Source: Amoebidium appalachense (Eukaryota; Protista; Ichthyosporea). From it: DNA of 64,000 nucleotides. Location: contig CAVNZM010000010.1 of NCBI GenBank assembly GCA_963693365.1, forward strand, positions 5,028,060 through 5,092,059. The letters run 5' to 3'. Made by a program: the position numbers and the translations under genes. The notes under the pieces were generated by a model. That model worked only from the letters and a program-made list of their open reading frames with translations. It ran no database searches and was not told the DNA's origin. Of this stretch, positions 49,779 to 64,000 are shown piece by piece. Each line of letters starts with the position of its first letter. The first letter of the stretch is position 1.

Positions 49779-50827
49779 TCCCCCCGGAAACCCATAATTA
49801 GAACATACCGAATCGGGAGTGTTGAGATCGGCATGCGGATCTTTCTTTCGCATAGCTCCTAGCAGGATGTCCCAGATCTGTTTGTGTGTCTCTACCGTCA
49901 CCCCTTCCATCGGTGTTGAAAAATGCAGCGGGTGTGTGAATTTCTTTTCTCCGCCAAATCCATCTGACTCTTCCTTCCCTTCCTCAACCTGTACAAACAG
50001 GAGGAAAGAAAGTTAAGGTTTCGATACATGACAAATGCAAACCACGTGAAAACATATTCTCGAGGGAGGGATTTTTTTTTATAGAAAATCGGGTGAGGCA
50101 GTCAAAACTGAAAAAAATGCCCACGAACAAACAAATAAACCATAAAAAAAAAAAGGGAACAAAAAGAAGAAAAAAAAGAAGAACGTGTGTATGTGTGTGT
50201 GTGTGTGTGTGCGCGCGCGCGGGGGTGCGTGTGTGTCTGGTGGGGGTGGGGGGGGGGGGTTGTCGACAGATCCAAAAATGGATAAACATGCAACCGAACC
50301 GAGGAGGGAGAAAAAAAAAAAGAAGGGAAAAGAAGGGAAAAGAAGATGTAGAGGAAGAAGAAAAAATGGAAAGGAGGAAAAGAAAGGCGGGGGGGGGGGT
50401 GGAGTAGGAAGATGAGGTCAAAAACGCAAACATGTCACAGGGCAATAAATACATACCCGGAGAAACACATCTGCGCCATAAGCCACCAGCAGTTTAACTG
50501 CATCTGCATCTCCAATCTTGACGGCATACGGCAGGGGGTAGTTGTACTTGCTGGGTGTCTCCACATCATCTTCTATGCTGCCACTCTGTGCCAAGAAGGG
50601 GGCGGGGGGAAGGGGGGGAAGTGTTACAGAGAACGAAGGACTCACTCATGACGGAAAACACCACGCAAACGTTGCAAGGCATACAACAGAATATGCAATA
50701 TAGGCAGAGCTCATCCTCGGGGGGGAAAGGGGGGGGGGGGGGAGGGGAGGGAGGGGGGGGGGCTCAAGTCGAGGAGAAGGGCGAGGGGAGGGGGGAGGCG
50801 GGGGGAGGGGGGAGGCGGAGGGGGGAA

Positions 50828-50860
<33 letters not shown>

Positions 50861-51628
50861 ATACCTCGTCGTGCTGATCGGGATCGGCACCTAAATCCAA
50901 TAGCACCTCCAGAAGCTCGTAACGAAAAACGCTACGCGTGACTTTATCAATGGTATAGGTAATGGGAGTCCAGTTCTGAAACCATGACTCGTTAGCATAA
51001 CAGAAAATGGAGGGAATGTGCTTGCTTGGATAATGTGAGATAAAAACTGACAACTGAAGGGAAAAGGGAAAGCGAAGAAAGAGGGGAAGAACGGGGGAGA
51101 GGTGGCACATGGGCGCGGGCACGCCAGTTCGTCGACGTTAGCTCAAAGGACGCATGGGGCAGTACATATGTGCAGTGTAGATAGATGGTGATACCGGTTC
51201 ACGCGGTCCCCCATGCCTTCTCCTACACTCCAGCCACGCACATATGCCCGAGCACCTTTGTTTGCTATAAACCTATTTCAGCTGTCTATAAGTAAAATAA
51301 TGCACACCTTTCAGCAATTTATAATCCAGGAACAATACCAACATGATCACCATACAAAATGTTTTGCACCAATCTTGAATGTTCTGCATGGCATCTTAGA
51401 CTCTTCATGCGGGCAATAACAGTTCATTTCTCAGGTTTTTTTCTTCCATACCTGCTCCTTTTTTTTTGTCTCACAAACGGTGCTTAGAACCTCACGATGC
51501 TTCAAGCGAGCTGCTGCCTTTTTGACTCCTGCCGTGCTCTCTACCCTAGCCGCCTCCCTCAATGCACTCCAGAACATGACCCGGTCTTTTTCCAGCTGCC
51601 TCTCATATTTAACTTCTGTGTAACCCAT
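42897..51628 (-). CDS. Ankyrin-repeat protein (multi-exon)
   Basis: Ankyrin motifs LLEVLLDLGADPDQHD (~50930-50864), YPLPYAVKIGDADAVKLLVAYGADV (50585-50457), DGITMLAWGA...GARVDVADK (48943-48824) and EGMTALCEAAKAGKSRIVEWLLKNGADP (48041-47949), in GT-AG-bounded exons. Probable first exon 51628-51452. Confidence 0.85.
45737..46808 (-). mobile_element. Retroelement subfamily B: partial tandem array (~453-bp unit, ~2.4 copies)
   Basis: Units at 45739-46190, 46191-46592 and 46595-46808 are virtually identical. They share GGTTTGAATGCG, AGTACGAAGTAC, ATAAGCAGAGCCCATCCTCAGG, GAGTTTCGACC, AACTCAGA and CCCGTCTTGATCA-AGACGAGCAGGGTTGCTTA with subfamily A. Confidence 0.9.
47740..47820 (-). mobile_element. 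Diverged retroelement relic
   Basis: ATGCAGACTACAAACCGCACAAAGAGTATGCATGACAAGCAGAGCCCATCCTCACGAGGGGGCCC. Weaker relics lie at ~8120-8200, ~18128-18155, ~21400-21455 and ~50670-50722. Confidence 0.7.
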
Positions 51629-51912
51629 GTCGGCTAGGTGGTCCAAATTCGGGACCACCAAAAATGGCCATCAAGGATTTATGCCAAAACGTTTGCAAGG
51701 AATAAATTCTAAGGCTATTTAGGTGAGTGCCGCGGCTGAGCACTGCAGTGAACCTCGGTCCCTAGGCCTGTGTGTCTGTGTCCGTGTTTTTTTGATGATG
51801 ACTCTCGTCTGTGTCTCTTTGAGCGAGTCCGCGCCAAAACCAGGCCAATACGGTTATCGCAATGATCCGATTGGGTCACCTAAACTCCTCGTCCCCTTCG
51901 GAAGCTTCGCTA

Positions 51913-52212
51913 CAGCCGGCCTACCAGTACCACGGCCCTCTGAACACAGTGGCTCGCTTGGAGCGTTGTGACATCGTAAGCACCGTTTGTGAGACAAAGA
52001 AAAAGGAGTAGGTATGCAAAAAAACTTGCGAAATGAACTGTTATTGCCCGGGTGCAGATACCTTGCAGAACATTCAAATTCAAAATTGGTGCAAAAAATT
52101 GTGTACGGCGAAACGTGTTGGTATTGTTCCTGTGTTCAGAGGGCCGTGTTCGCCACGCGCAGGCCAGCTGACCTGGTACGGTAGGCGTACGGTAGGGGTA
52201 CGGTAGGCGTAC
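51913..52212. mobile_element. TIR element enclosing an inverted copy of host exon/intron sequence (Pack-type)
   Basis: Perfect 19-bp inverted repeats CACGGCCCTCTGAACACAG (51931-51949) and CTGTGTTCAGAGGGCCGTG (52130-52148) bracket ~180 bp that is a diverged reverse complement of 51327-51516. Confidence 0.75.
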
Positions 52213-52381
52213 ATATGCATAGAGCTGGGAGAGCTTGCTCCGGGGAAGTCTGTTATCACGTGAGGGAGATAAAGAGTACGCCTCCTTCTCTTGCCTCTTC
52301 CTCTATTTCCCTCTCCCCCCCCCCCCCCCCCCCCCGCTGCGTTGAAATCATCCAATCAAAAGCGCTTTCGAAATTCTCAAG

Positions 52382-52560
52382 CAGGGTTGGGCTGGGGTTC
52401 GCCAGCCCGTATCGTCCTTTGGCCAATCGTAACGGATAATTTCTAGACCGTAACGGGTGGGTTCTTGGGGAACTGCAAGCCCCGCCTAAAACGCCCCTCC
52501 AGTCGCAAAACTCAAAATACGCGTTTTTACAAATTGAGTACCGCAAGATTACAAGCCCTG
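52382..52560. mobile_element. Putative MITE with CAGGG...CCCTG termini
   Basis: CAGGGTTGGG...CAAGCCCTG; size and left end resemble 28814-28978; no target-site duplication seen. Confidence 0.35.
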
Positions 52561-53274
52561 GAAACTTATCGGGGCTCGATATTGCACATGAGAAGCGCTG
52601 TAGATATGTTCTTGGGGGGGAATGTGCTGTTCTTGAACAGAAATATTGGAAAAGTAGGGAAAATTACATATTCAAGCGTTTATAATGCTACACACCTGAT
52701 ACGACAGCTGTTACGACGGTACCCTGACCTTATTCGTATCGGGGTCTCTCGTTAATTGTAATTACGACGATTTTTTTTCGTAATCCCTACCCTGTTCTCA
52801 AGATGACAAAACTTCCAAATTAGGTTATAGTCCAATTAGGTACCCAATTAGATTGCGCAGTTTCTTTACGCAAAACAATGACATCATCATGTTCGGACCG
52901 ACAGTTTGGTAACGGTTGCGGCTGCACTTGAAAGAAAAAAAACTTCGGTTTCACTTTTCTCTTTCTTCTTCTTTTCCCAGTTGGCTTCTGTCTGCCAGTG
53001 TGAAATGCGTAGTGGAGCCTGTTAACGTCTTTGATAAATCGTGCGTGGTGATAGTTCTATTCTAGGGCCTTTTTTTCCAGAGTGGTTTTGGCTAAAAAGG
53101 AGAACCGTTTTCACAGTACAACAGCCCTTCGAATAGCACTCACGGACCCCAAAGTGAACAAACCCTCTTTCCCTATGATTAGGAGAAAAAAGTCCATTGA
53201 ATCCTATGGTCAACTATAGGGGGATACTTGTGAGATTGCCTTTGTAAATCAGTTTATTTGAAGCAGGGGAAAAC

Positions 53275-63690
<10,416 letters not shown>

Positions 63691-64000
63691 AGGACAATCA
63701 CCCCCCCCCCCCCCCCCCAAAACACACACAAATACACTCATTCCTCCCTTTCGGAGCCACCCACTCACCCACCCACCAACCTTCATTAGGGCTGTTTATT
63801 GATGCATATGTACCTTTTCCGGTTGCAGATCAGAGCATTTCAGATTGCAGCTGTTGGTTTCCAGCAACTTGCTATGGTTTCAAACGAAGAAAATGAATGC
63901 ATATGGACGAAGTGATGTGAGAAGAACGTTTCATTTTTTATCTTTCATTTCATAATTTTATTTTATTTTTATTTTATTTTTATTTTTATTTTATTTTATT

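Overview
Eukaryotic nuclear DNA from an unidentified intron-rich organism, probably a protist; standard code and GT-AG introns. Most of the ORF track is noise from poly(C)/poly(G), (CA)n and (GCAC)n tracts. Manual splicing gives two uncharacterised Pro/Ala-rich genes (- strand, ~64-6570 and 6964-13726), a spliceosomal RED/IK gene (-, 16863-34306), an FABP-like exon (+, ~34976-35266), an ankyrin-repeat gene with a possible coiled-coil C-terminus (-, 39588-51628) and a DDHD/PA-PLA1 phospholipase (+, 53275 to beyond the window). The main unexplained signal is a dispersed retroelement family: at least 9 clear copies in 2 subfamilies plus relics. The copies lie on the - strand, are variably 5'-truncated, and mostly share a 3' end that runs into poly(C) rather than poly(A). 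The longest copy keeps a Penelope-like ORF tail, and its 3' region folds into a covarying hairpin with a standard kink-turn (SECIS-like). A second signal is a CACGG...CCGTG terminal-inverted-repeat family. It occurs as 22- and 34-bp micro-elements with 8-9 bp flanking duplications, and as one copy enclosing an inverted duplicate of the neighbouring gene's exon-1/donor junction. Exon boundaries were assigned by eye, homopolymer lengths may be assembly-distorted, and no database searches were run.
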